From contig NC_091997.1 in NCBI RefSeq assembly GCF_044704955.1, positions 25,048,001 to 25,112,000 on the forward strand: 64,000 bases of DNA. The letters are read 5' to 3'. Below the pieces are notes generated by a model that searched no databases, was not told the origin of the DNA, and saw only the letters and a list, made by a program, of their open reading frames with translations. This stretch comes from Pristiophorus japonicus. Lineage: Eukaryota. The translations under genes and the position numbers were made by a program. Positions 25,451-35,804 of the stretch are shown here, in pieces (positions within the stretch are counted from its first letter, which is position 1; each line of letters starts with the position of its first letter).

Positions 25451-26789
25451 AAAGCAATTATCTCACCTTGAGTTTATAAGAAATATTATAGGACAAGAGG
25501 GCAAAGATTCAGTCGTTTTTCAGTCAATATCAGGTGTCAACCAAAAAATAACAAATGACAGATATCTCATTAAAAAAGTGCCCAAACTGGTTACTGGGAG
25601 CACAGTATGTCCCCATTTGTACTGCTGTTAAACTGATACTGCACCGATTATAGTACCGCTTATTAATTTCTCTATGAAATACAGGAAGCAATGTTCATCT
25701 GTTGTGGGTGGATAATTTAAACAAAGGGGATGCAGGCTTCAGACATTAACTGAAACAACTGCAAAACTATGACACGTTAAAAAAAGAGTCTAAAAGCCAA
25801 CAGCTGTTTTAATTGTGAAACTTACTTTAAAAAGACAGATTTTGAATAAACATTTGCATAGTATTATCAGGTTTAAATTGAAAAATTGTGAATGCTGGAA
25901 ATTTGAAATAGAGACTGAAAATGCTGGAAAGCCAGACAAACAGCACCTAAAAAGGAAAAGATAGCTGAATATTCTGGATGGAAATGAAATGTAACCTACC
26001 TTTTCTTTTTTAGGTGCTGACTAAACTCCTGTTTGCCAACATTTGCAGTTCATATTCTTTATTAACAAGTAGCATTCAGGGCATTCTTAACAAAAAGCTC
26101 ATCTACCAGAAGCTTCTCAAACAGTTTCTGAAATAACTATTAGCAATGTTACCACTAGGATTTTCATACCATATCTCTTTGGAGTGTGAAAATCACCAAG
26201 CAGTACATTTAGAGATTTTGTTCATCTAAACTTGGATATCTGGAGATTGCACTTTGATTTATATATCAGGGTTAAGTATTGGGTGGCTGGTTCCAAGTTT
26301 AATATTGGCAATAGTGACAGGAGCAATTAAAGAATGCATTATTTTTGCAAATTTAATACCACTGCGTGGCAGAATAACCATGGAGTTGGGCCACAAACTC
26401 ACTGAAGGGAGCGGGGCAAGATTCCCTGGAGGAGACAGTCCCATGCCACGCTGAAGTAAACTCAATGCAGTGTCAAACCTTGTTTAAAAAGTGCTCAGAA
26501 TGTTCTGGCACTTAGCCAGAGTTTACTTAAATACGATACTCCCAAAACATTAAAATTTTGCAAGTAGCAGCAAAGCTCAGCAGATGTGTAAGAGCGTGAG
26601 TGCAAAACTCACTCTTAGCCAGAATTTGGAGTCAAGCAGTTTAAGCAAGGTATGACTTGACCAGAACCCAACATGGTATAAATTAGGAGTTTAAATGGAG
26701 AGTATATGCTACTTTACATTTTTGGAGGTTAAAATAGGAATGAAGATTAAATGTATTATTTGTTGTGTTTATTCCCCATGTCATTCCCA

Positions 26790-26833
26790 TACACACACAC
26801 GCGCACACACACACACATATATATATATACACA
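26790..26833. repeat. (CA)n/(TA)n compound microsatellite
   Basis: Direct reading. Confidence 0.9.
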
Positions 26834-27057
26834 CATTATACATATAAAATTTATTTATATTTTCTCAAAAAATACAATACAAATTAAGTTTAATAACACA
26901 GCAACCTTTTTAACCACACTTCCAATTCAAATGAACAGATAACCAAATAGCCTTCTTCTATTGCTATAAAATCCTAATACTTATCAAACACTATTATAAT
27001 GGGGATCAGACATGAATGATGACTTCCAATTATCATACACTATGTATAACCAACATT

Positions 27058-27440
27058 CCATCATTATCATCCTAGGCAGTCCCTCGAAACGAGGATGACT
27101 TGCTTCCATGCCAAAAAAGGGATGAGTTCGCAGGTGTTTCAATGAAGGACCTAATATTCCAGGTCCTGAACTACATCCTGAAGGGTGGAAGATGCCTGTG
27201 CATGGATTTTTTTTTTTTAACGTGCGGTGGCCGTTGCACGCCAGCCACCACACGGATTTGACAGAGCTAGGTCTTGGTCCAGTGGCAAGGATTACCGAAG
27301 ACGACTGGAGACCAGCTCTGCTGTACGGACCTAGTGCGCACAAATATCGCAGTGTGGATTGGCCCGTGCTGCCCCTGGGACCCAATCGCGTCCCTCTACA
27401 ATCTCTCGCCGCTCCTTCGCCCCGATCTTGCCGCTCCGAC
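27058..27440 (-). mobile_element. Short non-autonomous element with an RTE-type 3' tail
   Basis: The last ~50 nt (ggaagcaagtcatcctcg..gagggactgcctaggatgat) match the RTE tails here; the body is not RTE ORF 3' sequence. Confidence 0.65.
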
Positions 27441-27677
27441 AAACATGTATATGATGTTCCTATCTCATCTTATGCTGTGCAAAATCCTTATTCATATATA
27501 TTTTCATTGGAAAACCTCTCCCTTTAAAAACTTAAATATTGTTCTCTCATGTGAAGTAATATCTACACATCTAAATAGGCATCTACTCGTTTGCTGGAAA
27601 ATGCATCAAATGGTGTCAAAATCAAAATTTTCTGGGGATGGGGAGCATGTCCCAAGATATCCCTAAAAGACAATTAA

Positions 27678-28117
27678 AAGACTTGCATTTATATAGTGCT
27701 TTTCACAACCACCGGATGGCCCAAAGCATTTTACAGCCAATTAAGTACTTTTTGAAGTGTAGTCGCTGTTATAATGTAGGAAACGTGGCAGCCAATTTGC
27801 ACACAGTAAGCTCTAGAAACTGAAATGTGATAATGACCGACTAATCTGTTTTAATGATGTTGGTCGAGGGATAAATATTGACCAGGACGCTGGGGAGAAC
27901 GCCCCTGCTCTTCAAAATGTGATCTTTTACATCCACCTGAGAGAGCAGACGTAGCCTTGGTCGAACATCTCATCTGAAAGACGGCACCTTCGAATGTGCG
28001 GCACTCCCTCAGTATTGCACTGGAGTGTCAGCCTAGATTTTTGTGCTCAAGTTTCTGGAGTGGGACTTGATCCCATAACCTTTTGACTCAGGCGAAAGTG
28101 CTACCCACTGAGCTACG
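27678..28117 (-). mobile_element. Deu-domain tRNA SINE, near full length
   Basis: tRNA head (gctcagtgggtagcac...gatcaagtccc), core and L2-like tail, on the minus strand. Confidence 0.88.
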
Positions 28118-28289
28118 ATACTGCACAACATACATTATACTCACTGCTCGAATTGCCCCAACTGCTGCAAATGTACCCCAGGCTGGTGAATTGAGGGTGA
28201 CATAACATTCAAGACTCTCGGCTAAAGCACAATTTCCCCCTTGAGCTGCATACAGTGAATAAGCCCAAAACAGCACCGTTATCTGAACA

Positions 28290-28848
28290 GTCAGCCAACG
28301 GCTCAGTCGGTAGCACCCTTGCCTGAGTCAGAAAGTTGTGAAATCAACAACAACTTGTACTTTAACGTAGTGAAACATCCCAAGGCGCTTCACGGGAGTA
28401 TTACAAGACAAAACATTTGACACCTAGCCGTGCAAGGAGAAATTAGGACAGTCGACCAAAAACTTGGTCAAAGAGGTAGATTTTAAGAAGCGTCTTCAAG
28501 TCCCGCTCCGGACTTTTGAGCTGAGGGAGTGCTGCACTGTCGGAGGTGCTGTTAAACCGAGGCCCCTTCTGCCCTCTCAGGTGGGCGTAAAAGATCCCGC
28601 GGCACAGTTTCGAAGAAGAGCAGGGGAGTTCTCCCCCGGTGTACTGGGAACCAATACTTATCCCTCAACCAACACAACAGATGCTCGGGGCGGTTATCGC
28701 ATTGCTGTTTGTGGGAGCTTGCTGTGAGCAAATTGGCGTTCCCTACATCACAACAGTGACTGCACTTGAATAAAAAGGGCAAGTACCTGATTGGCTGTAA
28801 ACTGGACGTCCGTTGGTCGTGAAGGGCGCTATATAAATGCAAGTCTTT
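28290..28848 (+). mobile_element. Deu-domain tRNA SINE with an L2 3' tail (about 28346-28495, minus) inserted at its B box
   Basis: Head ggctcagtcggtagcac, then caacaacaacttgta..., then resumes at ttcaagtccc. Confidence 0.82.
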
Positions 28849-29089
28849 TGAAAGCAAGAGCGCTTGTTCTTTTTTTTAATTTTTAAACAAAGAGCTTCTC
28901 CTCGGCCGAGGCAGGGGATTTAGCGGCCATTTAAAGGACCGCCGCCACACCAGGGCTGAAATCTGAGGAGAAAAATAAATAAACGAAGCAGCTCCAATTG
29001 TGTGTGGGAGGAGAGAGGGGGGGGGGGGGGGTTAAAGTGAATTTAAAGCCCGTCACCGGGAACAAAGGGGGAGGGGGTGACTAACTCAC

Positions 29090-29200
29090 CGTCGCCGGTT
29101 GGAAGCCTCTGACCATGTGTATGTCGGTGCCTTTCGGCGGTGTTCTCTCTCTCCCGCCGCCGCCTCGGGCCGTTTACTTTGGAATGGATCTGAATTTCAA
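29090..29200 (-). other. DBF4B: Probable DBF4B exon 1, containing an ATG at 29116 (MVRGFQPAT)
   Basis: Strong donor ACG|gtgagt at 29089 inside the CpG island, just downstream of a CHR element. The TSS position is inferred. Confidence 0.65.
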
Positions 29201-29409
29201 ACCCGGCCGCGCTTTAGCGCCAAGTTGCAGCTAGCGGCCGGCGGCCGCTCGAGCGGGGGGCGGGGTCAAAGGTGGGCGCCGCCGATTGGCTGGTTTCCCC
29301 CCCCCCCCACAGCCGTTCAGGCAGCTCGGCGGGCAGCCGCAGTTGCGGGCGGGAGGGAGGATTAGGTCCCCTTCACTCTTGCTCCCTCATACACACACAC
29401 ACACACAAG

Positions 29410-29592
29410 ATGGCGGCGCCCAGTGGCGAGGCAGAGGCGGCATTCGCGGGCTGGTTGAGCCAGCGGCTGCTGCAGCTGGAGATCGTCGACGACGTCGTCT
29501 ACGGCTCGTACATCAACGGGATCCTGCGGGAGGAGGAAGAGGAAGAGGAGGAGAAGTGTGAGGCGCTGCGGGGCATACTGTCCGCATTCATG
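29410..29592 (+). CDS. CCDC43: CCDC43 exon 1 (MAAPSGEA...VYGSYINGILREEEEEEEK...ILSAFM)
   Basis: aagATGg start, gtgagc donor, 183 nt. Recognisable CCDC43 N-terminus. Confidence 0.95.
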
Positions 29593-30584
29593 GTGAGCTG
29601 GGCTGCTCCCCCTTGGCCGTGCGGGCTCGGTCTGCGCGCCTCACCCCCCGGCTGCTCTTACTTTCAAATCAATTTTTTCCACAGTCTGTGTTTTTTTTTT
29701 ACACCACGTCAAAGTCGGGGGGAAAAAAACGTGTTGGTTTATCGCTTGATTTCTGACATTTGTGGTAATTTGAACCGCCTGGTGTAACTCGATGCAGTGG
29801 CTAATTCTGTCACACTGCATGAATCTGTAAATATAGCCCTGAATTCTTCACGTAGTTGCCCTAAACCACGTTTCAGAACAGAAAAACATTCTATCATATT
29901 GGTACTGAATGTATTGTCTCATTGTATTTGCTTCAATAGGCGCATGTGCAATATGTGGGGAAGAAACATACTCGCCCCCGAAATTACACATTTATATCCT
30001 GCTGTTATTTCCCCCTCCTCTTCCGAAAACTTTTGATTTAAGGCAACAAGAAGTTGGACTCGTTATACAGAAATGAAAATCAAAACTGCCACTCTTCGTG
30101 TGTCTGTAACGTGTTTATTGTAGTGTTCAGAATAATTGATTTAAATTCCACCGCTTCCACTGAAATTCTTTTTGGGAGCTTTACTCTTCAACCACGATTC
30201 AAATTAACCACACGTGGATTATTAAAACAACCAGATTTGCATAATAGGGTGCTCTTTAAAAAAACGAACAGAGAATAGATAAGTATGGCGCCATGTTGCT
30301 ACAGCTCATTTATCGAGTCTGAAGCATCGTCGTACTAAGATGAATGACCCATAAATCGGGCGGGGGACGGATATGAAAAGTGAAATCAAGGTGATGATTA
30401 GAGGGAAAAAAAATAATCTTTGCCACAGACCCTATGTTGCAAAATATGTAAGAAAGCTGCTTTGTTGTGAGAAGTTCTGTAAGAAGTAAATATCCACTTA
30501 GGACCGCAAGTTAATTACGCAGTGTACTAAAATATTTAGATAATGGTCTATCTATTTTCATACTAGCGTACACTTCCATAACAA

Positions 30585-31185
30585 ACAACTCCTCATGCAC
30601 TCTTTGATCTCAGCTCATCCACTTACTGCTCCCCTAACCCCATTTCCACTAAGCTGCTGACCACCAACTTAACTTCCTAGGCCCAAGTTGATCATTTTGT
30701 AAAGGATTCTCTTTTCTCAGGTACTGCCCCACGCTTTTCAAAATAACTGTGATCACCCCTCCCCTTTTTAAAAAAAAAACTGTTGACTTTTCTGTCCTTA
30801 CAAACTATTCTTCATATCCAACCTCTGTTTTATCTCAATCATTGAACATGTTGGCACCTCCCAAATCTGTGCCCATCTTTCCTGCAAGTCCCTGTTTGAA
30901 AATCTCTATAATCAGCTTTCCGTCCCTGCCACAGAACAAAAACGGCCCTCCCCAAAGTCCTAAAGGACACCCTCTGTAACTATCCATACTCACTTTCTTC
31001 AACCTCTGCAGCCTTCAAACTTTCAGCCACACCATCCTCCTCTGATGCCACTACTTTGTTGTACAGCTCAGTGGGACTTTGCTTGCTTGGTTTCATGCTT
31101 GCCTATCTAATCAGAGCAAGAGCATCTTCAGCAATGGCTTCTCTTCTCATCCCTGCACTGTTACCTCTGGAGTATCCCAGAGATC
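30585..31185 (+). mobile_element. L2 LINE RT fragment
   Basis: Similar to the reverse complement of 23600-24150. Confidence 0.65.
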
Positions 31186-31189
31186 TGGA

Positions 31190-32365
31190 TGATGTCGAGC
31201 TTCTTTGGTGTTGCACCCGTGCAGGCAAGTGGCGAGTATTCCATCACACTTCTGATTTTTGCTTGGTAGGTGGTGGTGGAGTCTCTTTAGGAAGTCAGGA
31301 GATGAGACACTCGTCACAGAATACCCAGCCTATGACATGCTCTAGGAGTTGTGGAATTTCTTCTGAGGGTTGTAAATCTATGGAATCCTGTGCCCCAGAG
31401 AGCTTTGGAGGCTGGGTCATTGAATATATTTAAGGCGGAAATAGACAGATTTTTGAGCGATAAGGGAATAAAGGGTTATGGGGAGCTGGCAGGGAAGTGG
31501 AGCTGAGTAGTCCATGATCAGATCAGCCATGATCTTATTAAATGGCGCAGCAGGCTCGAGGGGCCGGGGGCCTACTCCTGCTCCTATTTCTTATGTTTAT
31601 GTAGCTGGTCATGTTCAATTTTTGGTCAATGTTGACCCCCAGGATGTTGATAGTGGGGGACCCGGTGACGGTAATGCAATTGCATATCAAGGCTAAGCTC
31701 TCTATTGTTGATTATGGTCATTGCCAGGCACTTGTGGATTCACATGTTACGTGCCACATGGATGTTGTCCAGGACTTGCTGTATGCAGGCATGGACTGCT
31801 TCATTATCTGAGGAATTGCAAATTGAGCTGAATACTGCAGTTATCAGTGAACAGCTATATTTTTGACTCTGCAATAGATACAAGGTAATTGAGGAAGCAA
31901 CTGAAGATATTTGGGCCCAAGATGCTGCTTTGAGAAACTCTTGCTGTGATATGCTGGGGCTCAGATGATTGGCTTTTTATGTCAAGGGCTGTCACTATTG
32001 CCTCATGTCTGGAATTTAGATCTTGTCCATAATTGGACCAAAGCTGTAATAAGGTCTGGAGCAGAGTGGTCCTGGTGGAACCCAAACTGCATTGGTGAGC
32101 GGTTTATTAATTAGTAAGTGCTGCTTGATGGCACTGCTGATGACTCCTTCCATCACTTTACTGATGATTAAGTGTAGGCTGATACGGTGGTATTTGGCCA
32201 GATTGGATTTATCCTGCTTTTTGTGGACAGGATGTACCCGGGCAATTTTACACATTGCTGCTGGGTAGATGCAGTACTGGAACAGCTTAGCTAGGGGCGT
32301 GACTAGTTCTGGAATACAGGCCTTCAGCACTTCAGCAGGATATTGTCAGGGCCTACAGCCTTTGC
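31190..32365 (-). mobile_element. CR1-group LINE RT fragment of a second family, interrupted by a plus-strand CR1 tail (about 31345-31600)
   Basis: LKACIPELVTPLAKLFQ..KIARVHPVHKKQDKSN..Y.RISL..IISKVMEG; insert ends cctatttcttatgtt. Confidence 0.75.
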
Positions 32366-32567
32366 TCATAAAATAAAGTCTTTATAAAAGACCAAACTAA
32401 CAAATGAGTTTGTTCAGCCATGAACTCATTGAATGGCGGTGCAGGCTAGAAGGGCCGAATGGCCTACTCCTGCACCTATTTTCTATGTTTCTATGTTTGA
32501 ATTCACTTAATTTTTCCTCTGAAGCAGGCTGTATATAAATCTGCAGTTCTACTGTTATTTTTTTCAG

Positions 32568-32658
32568 GATGAAGATTCATTAGCAATCATTTGCAATGAA
32601 ATAATTCAAAAGTGGTCTGAGACCATAAACAATATCACACAAGAGAAAAATGTTGAAG
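32568..32658 (+). CDS. CCDC43: CCDC43 exon 2 (DEDSLAIICNEIIQKWSET...)
   Basis: ttttcag acceptor, gtaaag donor, 91 nt. Confidence 0.94.
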
Positions 32659-32901
32659 GTAAAGATCAGGATAATCTCAGATGTCCAATAATTGCTGTTC
32701 TTTTTTTTTGCATATTTTAAATGCATGAAGTCAATAAATTGGGTGAGTATGCATCATAACTATGTAGGATATTTGTTTTATTTGTACAAATGTTAAAAGA
32801 TTATAACGAATAATATCAGAAGGAAAAATCTTTGCTCCTTTTCGTATTCTAAATATAAAACTTTAATATCTAACTGGAGTTCTTCTGTCTGTGGTTTTAA
32901 G

Positions 32902-33037
32902 ATGAAGTACACGCCATTGCAAGCCTGATTGAGAAACAGGCTCAGATTGTTGTGAAACAAAAAGGTCCTTCAGAAGAGGAGAAATCTAGGAAAGCTGCAG
33001 TTCTTGCACAATATGCAAATATAACAGACGAGGAGGA
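32902..33037 (+). CDS. CCDC43: CCDC43 exon 3 ([20 protein letters not shown]...[11 protein letters not shown])
   Basis: taag acceptor, 136 nt, ends at ATATCCTTT. Confidence 0.94.
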
Positions 33038-33329
33038 ATATCCTTTTTGGTATTGCATTCTTGGGAAGAAGGATTGAGATATCTTCAATGGAATAACTTT
33101 ACTGACAATGATTTGAAAGCTCAGTCTTGCTCCCCCCGCCCCCCCCCCCCCCCCCACCTGCAAAAGAGCAATAAATTAGCATAGATGTGAGTTTTTTGGG
33201 GGAGGGTGGTTTGAAAGATAATTAAACAGCACTATGATGGAAGCCCTTGATTTTCTTTTTCAGAAATATATAAAAAATACACTGTAAAAGATGCTATGAA
33301 AAGAAGGAAGGTGAATAGATAATGCTACT

Positions 33330-33778
33330 GTCAGCTGTGGCTCAGTGGGTAACACTCTTGCCTCTGAGTCAGAAAGCTGAGTTTTCAAGTCCCACTCCAG
33401 GGACTTGAGTGCAAAAAATCCAGGATGACATTCCAGTGCAGTGCTGAGGAGTGCTGCACTGTCAGAGGTGCTGTCTTTCGGATGAGACGTTAAACCGAGG
33501 CCCTGTCTGTTCTCTCAGGTGGACGCAAAAGATCCCATGGCACTATTTTGAAGAAGAGCAGGAGAGTTATCCCCGATGTCCTGACCAATATTTATCTCTC
33601 AATCAACATAACAAAAAAAACACATCATTATCACATTGCTGTTTGTGGGAGCTTGCTGTGTGCAAATTGGCTGCCGCGTTTCTTACAACAGTGACTACAC
33701 TCAAAGTACTTAATTGGCTGTAAAGCGCTTTGAGACATCCGGTGTTCTTGAAAGGCGCTATATAAATCCAAATCTTTT
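33330..33778 (+). mobile_element. Deu-domain tRNA SINE (SacSINE1-like), full length, inside the AT-AC intron
   Basis: A box tggctcagtggg; B-box-like ttcaagtccc; core ggtgctgtctttcggatgagacgttaaaccgagg; tail aaaggcgctatataaat. Confidence 0.9.
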
Positions 33779-34384
33779 ACAAAAACATTTCACCAGTAGC
33801 AATAATATTACTATATCTTTCTTACGAATGTTATCATAACCTTCTAATGGGTCTTTACTAGTGCTGCTGTTTAATTGATCTCTTGGAGGTAAATGGAATC
33901 AGCCAATGTTGTCTTTGTTAATACTTCAACCCATTAGGGGACACAGCTCAGCACATCTGATAACTGGCCTGACAAGGTTTTACAAACTAAGGGATATATG
34001 TCGTCCTTCATTTGTCTGACCATGAATGCACCAAAACTTTGCCATAGACTGATAAGCCATGACTTCTTATCTTATAAGTTTGAAGGCGAGAAAGTGCTAT
34101 CAGAAATAATGTATTTAAAACAAATAATAAAACACATTTCTGTACTTATAAAAAGCATGCACCACAAAATGAATGTCTTTCAATTCCTGGCTAACATTCC
34201 TCCTTCAATCGACACCACCAAAACAGCTTTTCTGGTCATTGATTCATTTGCTGTTTGTTGCAAATTGGCAGCCATGTTGCCTATGTAACAAAAGTGCCTG
34301 CACTTCACACACAATCCATTGATTGCAAAGCATTTTGGGATGACTTGAGGATGTGATGCCACAGAACATCAGGTTTCACATGTA

Positions 34385-34830
34385 CGCGAATGACACCCAG
34401 CTCTCTCTACCTTATCAGCAACTACCTTGATCTCTCCGCTGCCTCTAATTTGTCACGTTGCTTGTCTGACATCCAGTATTGGATGAGTGGAAATTTCCTT
34501 TAATTAAATATTGCGAAGACCAAAGCGGTTATCTTCGGTCCACGACGCACAGTCCATTTTTGAGCCACCGACTCCATCCCCCTTCCTGGCTGCTGTCTGA
34601 AGATGAACTGTTCGCAACTTCCTGGCAGGCCTCCCATCTTCCAGCTTCCGTAAACCTGCCCATATCCTAACTTGCACTCAGGCCTGTTTACGTATCGCCC
34701 GTGTTTGCTGACCTACATTGGCTCCCAGTTTGGCGATACCTTGATTTTAAAATTCTCATCCTTGTCTTCAAATTCCTTCATGGCCTCATCCCTCTCTTTC
34801 TCTGTAGCCTCCTCTAGCCCTTACAACCCT
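34385..34830 (+). mobile_element. L2 LINE fragment
   Basis: gacacccagctct, gacatccagtattggatgag, ttttaaaattctcatccttg as in the other L2 copies. Confidence 0.7.
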
Positions 34831-35748
34831 ATTAATGACTATCTTATATTTATGGCCCCTAATTCTGATTTCGCCCACAAATGGGAACATCTTCTCTACG
34901 TCTACCCAATCAAATCCTTTCATAATAATGAACTGGCAGCCCACAGGTTTGAAGGTCAAATTTCACCATAGTAATTTGTGAAATTGAATTCAATAAATCT
35001 GACCGCAAAAGCTGCTGGATTGTCACAAAAACCTAACTGGTTTATTACTACCCTCCAAGGAAGGGAATATGTGACTCTAGTCCCACACTCTGTGGTTGAC
35101 TTTTAATACCCTCAGGGCAACTATGGATTGACAATAAATATTGGCTTGTGTGTCTCCTACAGTGCAAGAACAATTACCAAGGGTGATGCTTATGTTTCCT
35201 GCACCAGCCATTCTTGTGGTGTCTGAGCGAGATTGCCAAATTCTTGGTAGATTTCTGTTGACTTAAATCCCCTTGGAATTGGATTGATACTGACTAATCA
35301 CATGGAATATTTCATTTCATTTATACTACATTTGATTTTAACCCATTCCCGAGGGGGTTAAGGGACTGCAGACTAATTCACTTAGTCACCTTGCCTGGCC
35401 CATTTACTTTCTTTTTGCAATGATCCTCTTGGAGTTACTTTCTGGTTGGTAATGATTAAATGAGAGGATGTGTGATGCTACTTTCATTAATTTCTGCTTT
35501 TTAAAAAAAAAAATACTATAGGCATGTGAGAAGTTACGGAGGGAAAAAAATCCTACATATAATTTTTTGGCAGAATAAAGATGGTCCATGAAATGAAACT
35601 TGCTAGAAGTCCATATGCAGTTCGATGGTTTTGTATCATATCTGAAACAGCTATGTGATCAAATCAATTCGGTCAACCACCAGCTCATCATCCATTGATG
35701 TTATTTGTTACTCACAGCTTAAACTTTTAGTTTCTTTAACTTGAGCAC

Positions 35749-35804
35749 TGAAGATGAAGAAGCCCATGGAACAAGTGGAGCCTTTCACTTTGATAGTGAT
35801 AAAT
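35749..35804 (+). CDS. CCDC43: CCDC43 exon 4 (EDEEAHGTSGAFHFDSDK)
   Basis: 56 nt, flanked by U12 signals on both sides, acidic and in frame. Confidence 0.9.

Larger units (their letters stand above)
28880..29790. promoter_or_regulatory. CpG-island bidirectional promoter of DBF4B (-) and CCDC43 (+)
   Basis: CpG-rich in a CpG-poor window. CHR TTTGAA (-) 29201-29196; E2F-like TTTAGCGCCAA 29213-29223; GC box 29257-29265; CCAAT (-) 29289-29285; YY1 motif CAAGATGGCGGC over the CCDC43 ATG. Confidence 0.85.
33038..35748 (+). other. U12-type AT-AC intron of CCDC43
   Basis: 5'ss ATATCCTTTTT; branch point TTTCTTTAAC 35731-35740; terminal AC 35747-35748. The join GA|T keeps the frame. Confidence 0.92.

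Noticed and set aside
29017-29032. Poly-G/poly-C runs as functional G-quadruplexes (also 33134-33155)
   Set aside because: Simple homopolymers of uncertain length; no further support.
29272-29787. 171-aa ORF as a complete protein
   Set aside because: Only 29410-29592 is CCDC43 exon 1; the rest is 5' flank and intron read-through.
33330-33400. tRNA gene (also at about 9680, 28100 and 28290)
   Set aside because: These are tRNA-derived SINE heads followed by SINE core and tail; no complete cloverleaf.
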